Source of the DNA: Candidatus Krumholzibacteriales bacterium
GTDB taxonomy: Bacteria > Krumholzibacteriota > Krumholzibacteriia > Krumholzibacteriales > WJIX01
Direction of reading: 5' to 3'
Assembly (NCBI GenBank): GCA_046483305.1
Contig: JAWODM010000072.1
Coordinates: 1 to 64,000 of the forward strand
Length of the DNA stretch: 64,000 bases
Below are positions 17,171 to 27,139 of this stretch, one piece after another; position 1 is the first letter of the stretch; each line of letters begins with the position of its first letter. The notes beneath the pieces are model-generated. The model worked only from the letters and a program-made list of their open reading frames with translations. It made no database searches and was not told the DNA's origin. The translations under genes and the position numbers were made by a program.

Positions 17171-18688
17171 TTATCTGAGCTTCATGTACCTGTCTCGCAA
17201 TGCCTCCTCCGTAACGGGCCCTTCTATCCTGTGCCAGACCCCTCCCGGCCTCTCAACATGAATAAAAGATGGGTCGACTCCATGCTTTTTAAGCGCTTTC
17301 TGCCAGGTGGCCTTTCCGGTTCCGCATTCCAGCACCGCTTTTCCCACCTGTTCTGTTCCCAGTGACAGGATCGCCTGCCTCAGAGAGTTGCGCACGGATT
17401 TAATCTTAACCCCGGCGTATTTCCTGCAGGCCCCGGCAACCCTGTCGGCCCGGCGAAGGAGCTCGCTCTCAGAGGGAAGAGGATAGAATTGCAGAGGCGT
17501 CCATGGCTTTGGCACTACCGCGTTGATGTGCACCTCGATCCCGGCCCCTCCGGCGGCGCCCCTGAATTTATTCATAAAGACCGATGTTTCGTCAATTACC
17601 GCTTCGTCTTCTCCCGGGTATCCGGTCAACAGGTAGATCACGAATCTTCTAACGCCGCCTGCCGACAGAAGCGCGGCAGCCCTGAAGAAGGTTTCATCGT
17701 CAACCGGTTTATTCAGCCCGAAACGGGCTCTTTCACTCCCTGACTCCGGAGCCAGCGCAACGCTTCTGATTTCCGCCCTGGCGATAATTCCGGCCACCCC
17801 TTCATCTATATCCTGAGCCCTGAAAGAGCTGAATGAGGGCGCGATCCCGTTATCCAGAAGGTAATCCACCATTCCCTCAAAATCCGGGTTCGCCGCCACG
17901 GCGGTGCTTACCAGCCCCGCCTTCCTTACAGATTCCGGGAAACCGTCCACTCTGCTCAACTGCCCGGTGAACCGCTTAAGACTGATCATCCTCAGCGGAT
18001 TATAAAGAGAGCCGGCCAGGCAGAAAGTGCAGTTTCCGGGGCAGCCCCTTCCGGTTTCAATGAGCATCATATCTCCGAACGCGGTATCCGGCGACAAGGC
18101 AAACGAGGAAGGGAACTCTTCTATCCCGTCCGGATGTGAAAAAGTGATCCTCTCCGGCGATGACCCCGGAACGAATATTCCATCCAGCCCGGCAATCTTC
18201 CTGACCAGGATATCTGGTCCTTCAGAAACTGTTTCCGCCAGGGCGCCGGAAATAGCACTCAGGACGCCCTCTCCCTCCCCAACGCAGATAACGTCAGCGA
18301 TCTCGGAGACCGGGAAAGGGTTTGCGCTCGGCGCGTTGCCGCCCGCTATTACCAGGGTGTTTCTTTCCCTTTCCTCCCGTGAGGCAGGGATCCCCGATTT
18401 CTCAAGAATTCGAACCATGTTGAGATAGTCTTCCTCGTATGAGACCGAGAAGAATATGACCCTGGCCGAAGAAATTCTGGATCCGGATTCGAGGGTGAAG
18501 GGGGCCGTATCAGTGAAGAATCTCTCCGCTCTGATATATGGGTTTGACCTCAGGCCCTTGAACAGGAAATGATAACCGAGGTTCGTCATTCCCGCAGAAT
18601 AGGTGGAAGGGTACCCCACGAAAACGTTTTCGGCCATTCTCCTCGGCTCGGGAAATCTAACCAGGTATCTTTCATTCCTTGTATTCAA
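17171..18688 (-). CDS. Radical SAM protein, function unknown
   Basis: ETGRGCPGNCTFC (CxxxCxxC), N-terminal YPSTYSAGMTNLG...ERFF, APESGSER, PKPWTPLQ. Confidence 0.88.
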   Translation of the reverse strand: MNTRNERYLVRFPEPRRMAENVFVGYPSTYSAGMTNLGYHFLFKGLRSNPYIRAERFFTDTAPFTLESGSRISSARVIFFSVSYEEDYLNMVRILEKSGIPASREERERNTLVIAGGNAPSANPFPVSEIADVICVGEGEGVLSAISGALAETVSEGPDILVRKIAGLDGIFVPGSSPERITFSHPDGIEEFPSSFALSPDTAFGDMMLIETGRGCPGNCTFCLAGSLYNPLRMISLKRFTGQLSRVDGFPESVRKAGLVSTAVAANPDFEGMVDYLLDNGIAPSFSSFRAQDIDEGVAGIIARAEIRSVALAPESGSERARFGLNKPVDDETFFRAAALLSAGGVRRFVIYLLTGYPGEDEAVIDETSVFMNKFRGAAGGAGIEVHINAVVPKPWTPLQFYPLPSESELLRRADRVAGACRKYAGVKIKSVRNSLRQAILSLGTEQVGKAVLECGTGKATWQKALKKHGVDPSFIHVERPGGVWHRIEGPVTEEALRDRYMKLR

Positions 18689-18717
18689 ATTAATTCAGAG
18701 GAATCTGAAAAGCGGTG

Positions 18718-20358
18718 TTATAAACTGTTTATATTAAGCGGCCCTTCGCCGATAAGATTTCTGGCGGCAAGGTTATCGGGTTCGACCTCCAGGACCCTCT
18801 CCAGAACTTCCTGAGCTCGCCGATTCTCTCCCCTGTTCCTCAAGACTATGGACAGAGAAATAAGCACATCCGTGTATTCTGAATTGATCTCAAGGCTCTT
18901 TCGATAGTATTCCTCGGCCTTATCGAAGTTATGCCGGTAATATTGTATGTCGCCCATTATCTTATAAATATCGGCAAAATCGCTGTCATTGCCTCCCAAT
19001 ACCTTTTCAGCCTCCTCAAACTCTCCCTTCCTGACCAGAATATGCGCAAGCTTCTCCCTCGCTCTGATATATTTGTCATTTACTTCAATAGCTCTACGGA
19101 AGTATTTCTCCGCCTTTTCTGCTCTCCCGGTATTTAAATAAATCTCTGCCAGGAAATAATATACATCAGCGCTCTCAACACCGGCTTCCATTATGCTTCT
19201 CAGCGTTATCATAGCCCCCTCAAGGTCCTGCTCTCGTATCTGAAGGATCGCCAGGTTGATATCGCTCATCCCCCTCTTTTCGCTCTTCTTCATGCCCTTC
19301 CTGAGATTCTCTATGGCCAGTTTCCTGTCACCCATGATATTCATCAGAAATCCGTAATAATACCTGGCCCTGCAATACTCCGGGGCGATATCTATCACTC
19401 TTTCAAGAACATCCCTGGCTTTGGCATACCTTCCCAGATAGAGAAGAGCGGCTCCGTAGTAGCACTGAATATCGGGGTAGTTCTCCTTTTCTTCAGCCGC
19501 TCTCTTCAGGTGAAGAACCGCCTCCGAATATCTCTTCTGGTCAAAAAGAAGGATCCCCAGATAATACCTTGCCTCACTGTAATCCGGATTGATCTTGAGG
19601 GCCTCTTCCAGCTCCCTGAAGGCTTTATCATGCTCTGAATTCTTGAAATAAGCCAGCCCCAGCTTGAACCTGATGTCCGCATACCCCGGATGGAGGTCCC
19701 GCAACTCACTGAAAGTCTCCACGGCCTTTTGATAATCCCCGGTGTTAAATTGCTCCACTCCGTCCCTTACCAGTGTATCGAAACGGGAACTGGAACTTAT
19801 CATCTCCCTGATTTCCCTGAGTGGCGGTATATCAGTCTTATTGCTGGAAAGGTGATCGCTCAGAAATTTGCTTATGGAAGGGGTTTTCTCCGAAGAAAGT
19901 TCCAGCGCCCTGTCGAAATACCGGTCCGCCTCATCGGGCTCTCCCTTCTCCAGCATAACTATACCCAGATAACATACCGCCTCGAAATAACCCTCGTTCA
20001 GCTTGATAGCTTTCTTGAGCATATCGATCGAACTGTCGATTCTGCCTTTCTTATGGTATATAACTCCCATTCTGTAAAAGAGGTCGGGATAGGTAGGATT
20101 CTCGGTCACCGCCCGTTCAAAGTGCTCCAGGGCCCTGTCGTAATCGCCCGTATAATATTTCGCTGTTCCCAGGTTAACGTGGGCTTCCGCGGCATAGAAC
20201 ATCCCCAGAGCATAAATCGGATCATCGCGTGAAATCGATTCGGTCGCCTTTTCCAGCTCTTCTATGGCCAGTTCGTAATCACCGTCGTTAAAATACTTTA
20301 TACCTTTTTCGTATTCCGGATTATTGCTTAATCCGAAAATCCTCCCCCAGAATGACAA
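18718..20358 (-). CDS. Multi-TPR protein downstream of ftsZ
   Basis: Many TPR units with recurring P.YPD/YAD turns; AAGGAGAAGG SD and TTG start 13 nt after the ftsZ stop. Confidence 0.9.
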   Translation of the reverse strand: MSFWGRIFGLSNNPEYEKGIKYFNDGDYELAIEELEKATESISRDDPIYALGMFYAAEAHVNLGTAKYYTGDYDRALEHFERAVTENPTYPDLFYRMGVIYHKKGRIDSSIDMLKKAIKLNEGYFEAVCYLGIVMLEKGEPDEADRYFDRALELSSEKTPSISKFLSDHLSSNKTDIPPLREIREMISSSSRFDTLVRDGVEQFNTGDYQKAVETFSELRDLHPGYADIRFKLGLAYFKNSEHDKAFRELEEALKINPDYSEARYYLGILLFDQKRYSEAVLHLKRAAEEKENYPDIQCYYGAALLYLGRYAKARDVLERVIDIAPEYCRARYYYGFLMNIMGDRKLAIENLRKGMKKSEKRGMSDINLAILQIREQDLEGAMITLRSIMEAGVESADVYYFLAEIYLNTGRAEKAEKYFRRAIEVNDKYIRAREKLAHILVRKGEFEEAEKVLGGNDSDFADIYKIMGDIQYYRHNFDKAEEYYRKSLEINSEYTDVLISLSIVLRNRGENRRAQEVLERVLEVEPDNLAARNLIGEGPLNINSL

Positions 20359-20371
20359 TTCCTTCTCCTTG

Positions 20372-21511
20372 CTATTTGTGAGGCGTTCTTATGAATGAAG
20401 GTACATCAAGGTCTACCGATCCGGACAACCCGGCAACCGCCACTCTCTTTTCATCGCTGGAGGCCACCACTTCCCGGTCTTCCAGTTTTATTCCCTGGTC
20501 TTCTCTTTCGCGCAGCCTCCCGTTGGCCCTGTGGATATGCCGGTAATCCCGGTTCTCCGACTCGAATCCGGTAGCTATCACGGTTACGTGAACTCCATCC
20601 TCCAGGTTATCATTGATGACCGCTCCGAAAATAACATTGGCTTCATCCCCGGCTTCGTCGCTGATTATCGCCGTTGCCTGTGAAACCTCATGCAGCGTCA
20701 TTCTGCTGTCCCCGGTAATATTTACCAGAACACCCTTCGCCCCGCTTATCGAAACGTCATCAAGCAGCGGGCTGTTCAATGCTGTCCTGGCTGCCTCCAC
20801 CGCTCTTCCCTCTCCTCCCGCGATTCCGCTGCCCATCATTGCGTCACCCATGTTCCTCATTGTAGTTCTAACATCGGCAAAGTCAAGATTAATCAATCCG
20901 GGAACGGTTACCAGATCGGATATGCCCTTGGTCGCGTGATGAAGGACTTCATCGGCGGTCGAGAAAGCGTCGGCAAGAGGAGTATCCTGAGGAACCAGAG
21001 TCAGAAGTTTGTCGTTTCTGATTACTATCATGGTATCCAGTTCGTCCTTGAGCATCCTTACCCCTTCAATGGCCTCCCTGCCCCTTCGCTTTCCCTCGAA
21101 ACTGAAAGGCCTGGTTACTATACCTACGGTGAGAGCTCCTCTTTCCTTGGCGATACGGGCTATAGTGGGACTGGCGCCGGTTCCGGTTCCTCCCCCCATA
21201 CCGGCCGTCACAAAAACCATATCCGCCCCGTCGAGCATCTCGCCCAGCAGGTCCGCATCTTCCTCTACCGCTCTTCTGCCCACTTCGGGGTCGCCCCCGG
21301 ATCCGAGACCGCAGGTCAGCCTGGTGCCGATCTGAACTTTCTTGTGGGCCTTGGAGAAATCGAGCGCCTGTGCATCGGTGTTAACGGCTATGAACTCCAC
21401 CCCCTGAAGTTTGGAATCAACCATTCTGTTAACCGCGTTGCCGCCCGCTCCCCCTACGCCAACAACCTTAATGCTGGCTACTTCGCTGTGTTCATCGAAT
21501 TCGAAACGCAT
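20372..21511 (-). CDS. ftsZ: Cell division protein FtsZ
   Basis: IKVVGVGGAGGNAVNRM, GMGGGTGTG tubulin signature, INLDFADV, C-terminal DLDVPSFIR. Confidence 0.99.
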   Translation of the reverse strand: MRFEFDEHSEVASIKVVGVGGAGGNAVNRMVDSKLQGVEFIAVNTDAQALDFSKAHKKVQIGTRLTCGLGSGGDPEVGRRAVEEDADLLGEMLDGADMVFVTAGMGGGTGTGASPTIARIAKERGALTVGIVTRPFSFEGKRRGREAIEGVRMLKDELDTMIVIRNDKLLTLVPQDTPLADAFSTADEVLHHATKGISDLVTVPGLINLDFADVRTTMRNMGDAMMGSGIAGGEGRAVEAARTALNSPLLDDVSISGAKGVLVNITGDSRMTLHEVSQATAIISDEAGDEANVIFGAVINDNLEDGVHVTVIATGFESENRDYRHIHRANGRLREREDQGIKLEDREVVASSDEKRVAVAGLSGSVDLDVPSFIRTPHK

Positions 21512-21532
21512 TTTCTGCCTCCTCCTTTAAAA

Positions 21533-22741
21533 TCAGCATACAACTTTCTTCAATCCGCTAATTATCCTGTTGAAACACCCGCTCCCCCTGCTCTCCCGGT
21601 AACCGGTTATAAGGTCCCTTCCATGGAATAAAAGCCCCGCCCCGGTCACCCATCCGGCATCCCCGGCAAGTTCAACCAGCCCCTCTACCCCGGAGGGCTG
21701 AAGCTTGATCGCTGGCGCACCGAAAACATCTTCGGCCACCTGCTCGATCTTATCCATCCTGCTTCCTCCTCCCGCCAGGTATACCGGCCCCCTGAAATCA
21801 CTGTCCAGGCCGGCATGATTCGAAATAAGAGAAAAAAGCTCCACGCAGCGGGGTGTAACTATCCCCGCAATCTCCTGAGTATTGAATCTGTAATCCCTGC
21901 CACCGATTTCAATCTCTACCACCGGCTCTCCCGCTTCCCCATCCGGATGGACGCCCCTGAACAGGCACCTTTCCTTCTTGAGCCGGTCGGTCACTTCAAT
22001 AGGGAAGCTCATACCTATGGCCAGATCGTTGGAAACATTGAATCCGCCTACCGGCAATACACCGCTGCTCTTTATCGCGCCGTCTCTGTAGCAGGCAAAG
22101 GAGGTTACCTCCCCCCCGATATTTATAAGAAGTCCGTTTTCTTTCTTTCCGGAGCCTGCTGAAATCAGTTTTGCGTCGGCAAAGGGAGCAAAAACCATCT
22201 TCACCAGTTCTATCCCGTTCCAATCCAGCAGGTCTTTCAACATCTCCACCTGCCTTCTCACCGCAGTTACTATATGGACTGTTCTTTCCAGCCTGGAACC
22301 TTCCTTACCAACAGGATTTTCCACCCCCTCCGCGCCGTCTATCATGAAAGACTGTTCCATCATGTGAATAACCGTCCGGTCTGCCGGAAGCGGCACCTTT
22401 CTGGCGTTTTCGGTTACATAATTGGCTTCCTCGGGGGTAATGCCGCTTTTTTCCTGCCTGGTAAGCACACCTTCGCTGTCGAAACTTCTAATCCCGGCGC
22501 CGGTAATGGAAATGCATGCTCCTCTTATCCTGACACCCGCCATTTTCTCCGCGCTGTCCAGAGCCCTTCTGAGCGCTCCGTTGACTTTCTGGGGATCGGC
22601 AACCTCTCCCTTGTGCATCCCCTCCGCCGGACAGTCAGCGACCCCGATCAGCTTGATTCTTTCCGATTCAACAATTTCGCCGGTAACCACCCTTACATTG
22701 GATGAACCTATATCTATTCCCACCACGTAATTCTCATTCAT
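21533..22741 (-). CDS. ftsA: Cell division protein FtsA
   Basis: VGIDIGSSNV, NPVG..G.RL, NIGGEVT, VGGFNVSNDLA, LAGGGS; lies between ftsQ and ftsZ. Confidence 0.93.
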   Translation of the reverse strand: MNENYVVGIDIGSSNVRVVTGEIVESERIKLIGVADCPAEGMHKGEVADPQKVNGALRRALDSAEKMAGVRIRGACISITGAGIRSFDSEGVLTRQEKSGITPEEANYVTENARKVPLPADRTVIHMMEQSFMIDGAEGVENPVGKEGSRLERTVHIVTAVRRQVEMLKDLLDWNGIELVKMVFAPFADAKLISAGSGKKENGLLINIGGEVTSFACYRDGAIKSSGVLPVGGFNVSNDLAIGMSFPIEVTDRLKKERCLFRGVHPDGEAGEPVVEIEIGGRDYRFNTQEIAGIVTPRCVELFSLISNHAGLDSDFRGPVYLAGGGSRMDKIEQVAEDVFGAPAIKLQPSGVEGLVELAGDAGWVTGAGLLFHGRDLITGYRESRGSGCFNRIISGLKKVVC

Positions 22742-22764
22742 TTATCAGATCAACTCCTTCCCTG

Positions 22765-23517
22765 TCATCTTACAACTACCTGGTGTTTGAAACGCAGATC
22801 AACCATCTCCGGGAAACTGCCTTTCTGTTCTAGAAAATGATAAATGCTCCTGAGTTTCTGTATTCTTTCTTCAATGTTATCCTTGCCCACCCTTATAACC
22901 GACCCTACATCCAGCCAGATAAATATTATCTCTTCGTTCTCCATGTGTATCTCTGAGAGATGTTTTGCGGGAGAAAAGCCGTACTTCTTGAATATTCTGA
23001 GGGCTTCCAGAGCCCCGGCAAGCGCCCTTCTGCCCTCCTCGCCCTCCAGGTCTTCCACCCCGGTAATAAGAGGCAGGTCAACCCCTCCGGAGGAAATCCT
23101 TTCCGAAAGGACAACCCCGTCCTCATCAACTTCCATTACCCTTCCGCAAAGAACGGCTGCCACGGGCTTCCTCTCCCGGAGGTAACAGTCCAGCCGGTGA
23201 GGATAATCCTTATCAAAAACAACCCCCGCTACATCGGGGTTTTCCATGATTTCATTCTCCAGCTGATCCAGTTGGACGGTCAGAATATTCTCTCCGATAT
23301 ATCTCTCTGTAATCAAGCTGAGCGAATCGACCGGCAACCCCTTGTTCCCGTAAAGGTCTATCCTCTGTATGGACAGGCACCCGGTAAAATACCAGAAATA
23401 TATGAATGACCCCGCTGCCGCGATTACGAGTACCGGCAAAGCGGCCAGCCTTATATAGCGGCTGAATCCGGGGCCGCTTCTGCTTGAAGCCATCAGCGTT
23501 TTCCTTCTTGCGGCCAT
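22765..23517 (-). CDS. ftsQ: Cell division protein FtsQ/DivIB
   Basis: Single transmembrane helix, POTRA-like region, ERKPVA, LPLITG, C-terminal DLRF...VVVR. Confidence 0.9.
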   Translation of the reverse strand: MAARRKTLMASSRSGPGFSRYIRLAALPVLVIAAAGSFIYFWYFTGCLSIQRIDLYGNKGLPVDSLSLITERYIGENILTVQLDQLENEIMENPDVAGVVFDKDYPHRLDCYLRERKPVAAVLCGRVMEVDEDGVVLSERISSGGVDLPLITGVEDLEGEEGRRALAGALEALRIFKKYGFSPAKHLSEIHMENEEIIFIWLDVGSVIRVGKDNIEERIQKLRSIYHFLEQKGSFPEMVDLRFKHQVVVR

Positions 23518-24888
23518 TTAAGCACCTCTCTCCTTCATTATCTCCTCTCCGAGCTTGAACACATCTCCCGCTCCCAGAGTGAGAACCAGATCTCCATCCT
23601 CTATTGTATCCAGAACCGCCCTCTTCATATCCTCGCGCTCAGGTATGTAATTTACTCCCTTTTTCCTCCCCTTCAGGGCTGCCCGGTAGATCAGCTCTCC
23701 GCTCACACCGGGAATCCTGCTCTCGCTGGCCGGATAAACGTCCATGATGAAAATCTGGTCGGCCATATTGAAGCATCTGTCAAAATTCCTGTGAAGATCA
23801 CGGGTTCTGCTGTATCTGTGGGGCTGGAACACCACTATAAGCCTTCTGTCATAATTCCTTCTGGCCGAACCGATAACAGCTTCGATCTCTGTGGGATGAT
23901 GAGCGTAATCATCTATGAACAGGACCCCTTCGGACTCTCCCTTGATCTCGAAGCGCCTCTGCACACCCTTCAGGCCGGCCAGCGCCTGCCGGAGGGTTTC
24001 AAATCCGATATCGAGCTGATCCGCCAGGGCGCATACCCCCAGCGCGTTCAGCACATTGTAGCGGCCCGGCAGGCTGACAAACAGTTCTCCCCGCTTCTGC
24101 CCCCCGGCGAATAGAGTAAAAGCGCTCCCCCCGCCGCTCTGCTCACCAATTACACCCCTGTAATCCGGATCGCCCTCGAAGCCGTAGGTTATAACACTTC
24201 TTTCTATTCTGGACATAACTTCCCTGAGATGGGGATTATCGCTGCAGCAGATCAATTCGCCGTGGAAAGGCACCCGGGAAGCGAATTCGATAAAAGCGTT
24301 GTAGATGCTGTTAAGGCCTCCATAGAAATTAAGGTGTTCCATATCTATATTAGTTATCAGAGCGATAACCGGAGCCAGCCTCACAAAATTTCCGTCGCTT
24401 TCATCAACTTCCGCGAGAATGAACTTTCCCTCCCCCAGGCGGGCGTTAACCCCCAGCGCTTCCACTCTTCCTCCTATGATTACAGTGGGATCCAGGCCGG
24501 CCCGGTCCATCACTTCCGCCGCTATGGAGGTGGTAGTGGTTTTTCCGTGAGCCCCCGCCACCGCGATTCCATCCTTAATGGTCATCAGCTCTCCCAGCAT
24601 ATCCGACCGGGGAATTACCGGTATCCCCCTCTCGTTCGCCGCTATAACCTCAGGATTGGAAGAAGGTATGGCGGATGAAATAACCACAATATCTGACTCG
24701 CCGATATTACCGGGGGCGTGCCCCCGGTAAATCAATGCCCCCATATTTCGCAGCCGTTCGGTTATTCCGCTCGCCTGAATATCCGAACCGGTGACTTTGA
24801 ATCCCAGGTTGATGAGAACTTCCGCGATCCCGCTCATACCTATGCCGCCGATCCCAACAAAATGAATATGTTTATCGTTGCTGAACAT
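23518..24888 (-). CDS. murC: UDP-N-acetylmuramate--L-alanine ligase
   Basis: HIHFVGIGGIGMSGIA, GAHGKTTT, EVDESDG, DDYAHHPTE, FQPHRYSRT. Confidence 0.98.
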   Translation of the reverse strand: MFSNDKHIHFVGIGGIGMSGIAEVLINLGFKVTGSDIQASGITERLRNMGALIYRGHAPGNIGESDIVVISSAIPSSNPEVIAANERGIPVIPRSDMLGELMTIKDGIAVAGAHGKTTTTSIAAEVMDRAGLDPTVIIGGRVEALGVNARLGEGKFILAEVDESDGNFVRLAPVIALITNIDMEHLNFYGGLNSIYNAFIEFASRVPFHGELICCSDNPHLREVMSRIERSVITYGFEGDPDYRGVIGEQSGGGSAFTLFAGGQKRGELFVSLPGRYNVLNALGVCALADQLDIGFETLRQALAGLKGVQRRFEIKGESEGVLFIDDYAHHPTEIEAVIGSARRNYDRRLIVVFQPHRYSRTRDLHRNFDRCFNMADQIFIMDVYPASESRIPGVSGELIYRAALKGRKKGVNYIPEREDMKRAVLDTIEDGDLVLTLGAGDVFKLGEEIMKERGA

Positions 24889-24890
24889 TT

Positions 24891-25985
24891 CTAACCGCTT
24901 TTCCTTTCAAGAATAGATTCGATATCATCTACTATCTTCCGGGCCGCCTCATTAATTCCCCTGCTTCTGGCGGCTTCCGCCATACTTCCGATTCTCTGCC
25001 GGTCAGACAGGATATTATCAAGAATAGCGCCCAGCCTCTCCCCGCTGAGTTCCGAATCTTCCACCATCACCGCCCCCCCGGCCTCCTCTAGATAACGGGC
25101 GTTCTCAACCTGGTGGTTATCGGCGGAGAAGGGATAGGGAACCAGTATGGCGGGAATCCCCACCGAGGCGATCTCAGACACGCTCAGGGCGCCGGCTCTG
25201 GAAATCACTATATCTGCCGCCTCATACGCCTCCCGTATATTCTTTATGTAATCCGTTACGAAAACCCTGTCTCCGAACCCGGACAGCTCAGATTTCATCA
25301 TACGGTAATCCCTTTTTCCGGTTTGAATTATCATCTGTACGCCGCCGGTGGACCTGATATATTCCAGGGCGGCCCTGTTCAGCGAAGAAGCCCCCTGGCT
25401 CCCCCCGAAAGCCAGTAGAACCGGCAGATCCCCGGCAAGTCCGAACGCGGCTGCGGCATCTCCCTCATACTCTTCAGTAATGACAGAGCGGAGGGGATTT
25501 CCGGTGTGAAGAAGTTTTTCCCGGTCACTGAAGAACCGGGCGGCATGATTGAAACCGAGATATATCCTTTCGGCAAACCTGGAGAGCATCCGGTTGGTCA
25601 GGCCGGGAATTGAATTCTGCTCCTGGAGAACGATCGCCTTTCCGAGAACGGATGCGGCAACAACCACCGAAACGCTGGCATACCCCCCGAAACCGATAAC
25701 CAGGTCCGGCTTGAACCGGGAAATTATTATTATGGACTGAATCATTCCGGCAGCCATACCTGACAGCGTTCCGATCCGGCGCCAGAATTTCCTGCCTCTC
25801 ATGGGGCCGGAAACTATAAACCTCAAGCTGTAACCGAACTCCTCTATGATTTCGGATTCCAGGCCCGCCCGGGTACCCACAAACAGCGGGTTGAATGAAT
25901 CGAACCGGCTCTTCATCTCATCCGCGACCGCCAGCGCGGGATAGATATGGCCGCCGGTTCCACCGCCTGCGAATACAATCCGCAC
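24891..25985 (-). CDS. murG: Lipid II N-acetylglucosaminyltransferase
   Basis: GGGTGGHIYP, GFGGYAS, EQN, GNPLR, GGSQGA, SRAGA, HQVENA. Confidence 0.98.
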   Translation of the reverse strand: MRIVFAGGGTGGHIYPALAVADEMKSRFDSFNPLFVGTRAGLESEIIEEFGYSLRFIVSGPMRGRKFWRRIGTLSGMAAGMIQSIIIISRFKPDLVIGFGGYASVSVVVAASVLGKAIVLQEQNSIPGLTNRMLSRFAERIYLGFNHAARFFSDREKLLHTGNPLRSVITEEYEGDAAAAFGLAGDLPVLLAFGGSQGASSLNRAALEYIRSTGGVQMIIQTGKRDYRMMKSELSGFGDRVFVTDYIKNIREAYEAADIVISRAGALSVSEIASVGIPAILVPYPFSADNHQVENARYLEEAGGAVMVEDSELSGERLGAILDNILSDRQRIGSMAEAARSRGINEAARKIVDDIESILERKSG

Positions 25986-27139
25986 TATCTATCCTCCTTC
26001 CTGCTCGCGAACACCGGCTTCCTTGCTACGGATACCTCAGAGGTTCTCCTGTATTTTCTCGCACTCGATATATTGAGCAGTATTCCGACAGCTGCCATCG
26101 AAGTTAATAATGACGTGCCTCCATAACTGACAAAGGGTAAAGGGAGTCCTACTGTCGGGATAATACCCGTGGTCATGGCTATATTGACGACCGACGTCAA
26201 CATGATGATCAAACCTATACCGAGTGCGAGATAACGGCTGAAAGTGTCCGGAGCGTCGCGGGCGATTATCAGGGCTTTATAGAAAATGAATACTATTATA
26301 CCGAAAACCAGCATAGTCCCGATGAACCCGAGCTCTTCTCCCACTATTGAATAAATAAAATCTGTATGGGCATCGGGAAGGAATCTGTACTTCTGATGGC
26401 CCTTACCGGGGCCGCACCCGTATATGAAACCGGATCCCAGCGATATCAGAGACTGCCGGACGTGCCAGTTCTGGCTGAGCAGGTAATCACCGCTGTTGAA
26501 AAGCCCGATCACCCTGTTCCTGACGTGCGGCTGAATATAAAGATAGGGAATCGAAAGTATAAACAGCGCTCCGTAGCTGAGAGCGAGATGAACCAGCCTG
26601 CTCCTTCCCAGATACAGCATGATGAATGTCAGGCCGAAGATGAGAGTGGCGTTGCTGATATTGGGCTGCAGAATCAGAAGAACCGCTATTACCACCGAAA
26701 CCACGAACACCGGGAGAAAATCCTCCCGGAGCTTCCGGGCCGACCCCTTTGCCCGGGCAATGATATCAGCGGTGAATATAATCAGGGCGTATTTAACGAA
26801 TTCTACCGGCTGAATAGTGAAATTATATATGCGCAGCCACCTTCTGGCGCCCCGAACCTCCCTTCCCCAGAGAAGAACCGCGAAAAGCGAGATTACCCCG
26901 ATGATAACCCCGTACAGGGCAACGCTCCGGTAGATCCGGTAGGGAACCTTCATGCATACATAGAGAATGATTATTCCCAGAGCGAGGTGCACCGCTCCAT
27001 GTTTAATGAAATAGTAGGGAGACCCATACTGCTCTCTGGCTATTACCTGGGTGGCAGAGAAGACCATTATCATACCCACCGTGGCCAGAAGCAGCGTGGC
27101 GCATAGAAGGTCGTAAGCATACCTGTTACTCCTGTCCAT
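25985..27139 (-). CDS. ftsW: SEDS peptidoglycan polymerase FtsW
   Basis: GARRW, QPVEFVK, LPDAHTDFI, GEELGF, PFVSYGGTS; dcw position. Confidence 0.96.
   Translation of the reverse strand: MDRSNRYAYDLLCATLLLATVGMIMVFSATQVIAREQYGSPYYFIKHGAVHLALGIIILYVCMKVPYRIYRSVALYGVIIGVISLFAVLLWGREVRGARRWLRIYNFTIQPVEFVKYALIIFTADIIARAKGSARKLREDFLPVFVVSVVIAVLLILQPNISNATLIFGLTFIMLYLGRSRLVHLALSYGALFILSIPYLYIQPHVRNRVIGLFNSGDYLLSQNWHVRQSLISLGSGFIYGCGPGKGHQKYRFLPDAHTDFIYSIVGEELGFIGTMLVFGIIVFIFYKALIIARDAPDTFSRYLALGIGLIIMLTSVVNIAMTTGIIPTVGLPLPFVSYGGTSLLTSMAAVGILLNISSARKYRRTSEVSVARKPVFASRKEDR

Noticed and set aside
21527..21538. ftsA ends TGC-TGA-TTT-TAA, which could be read as Cys-Sec-Phe or as TGA readthrough
   Set aside because: TGA is a normal stop at conserved gene ends here (mraY LKLR-stop, ftsQ VVVR-stop), the ftsZ SD follows immediately with no room for a SECIS hairpin, and the amphipathic tail is already present.
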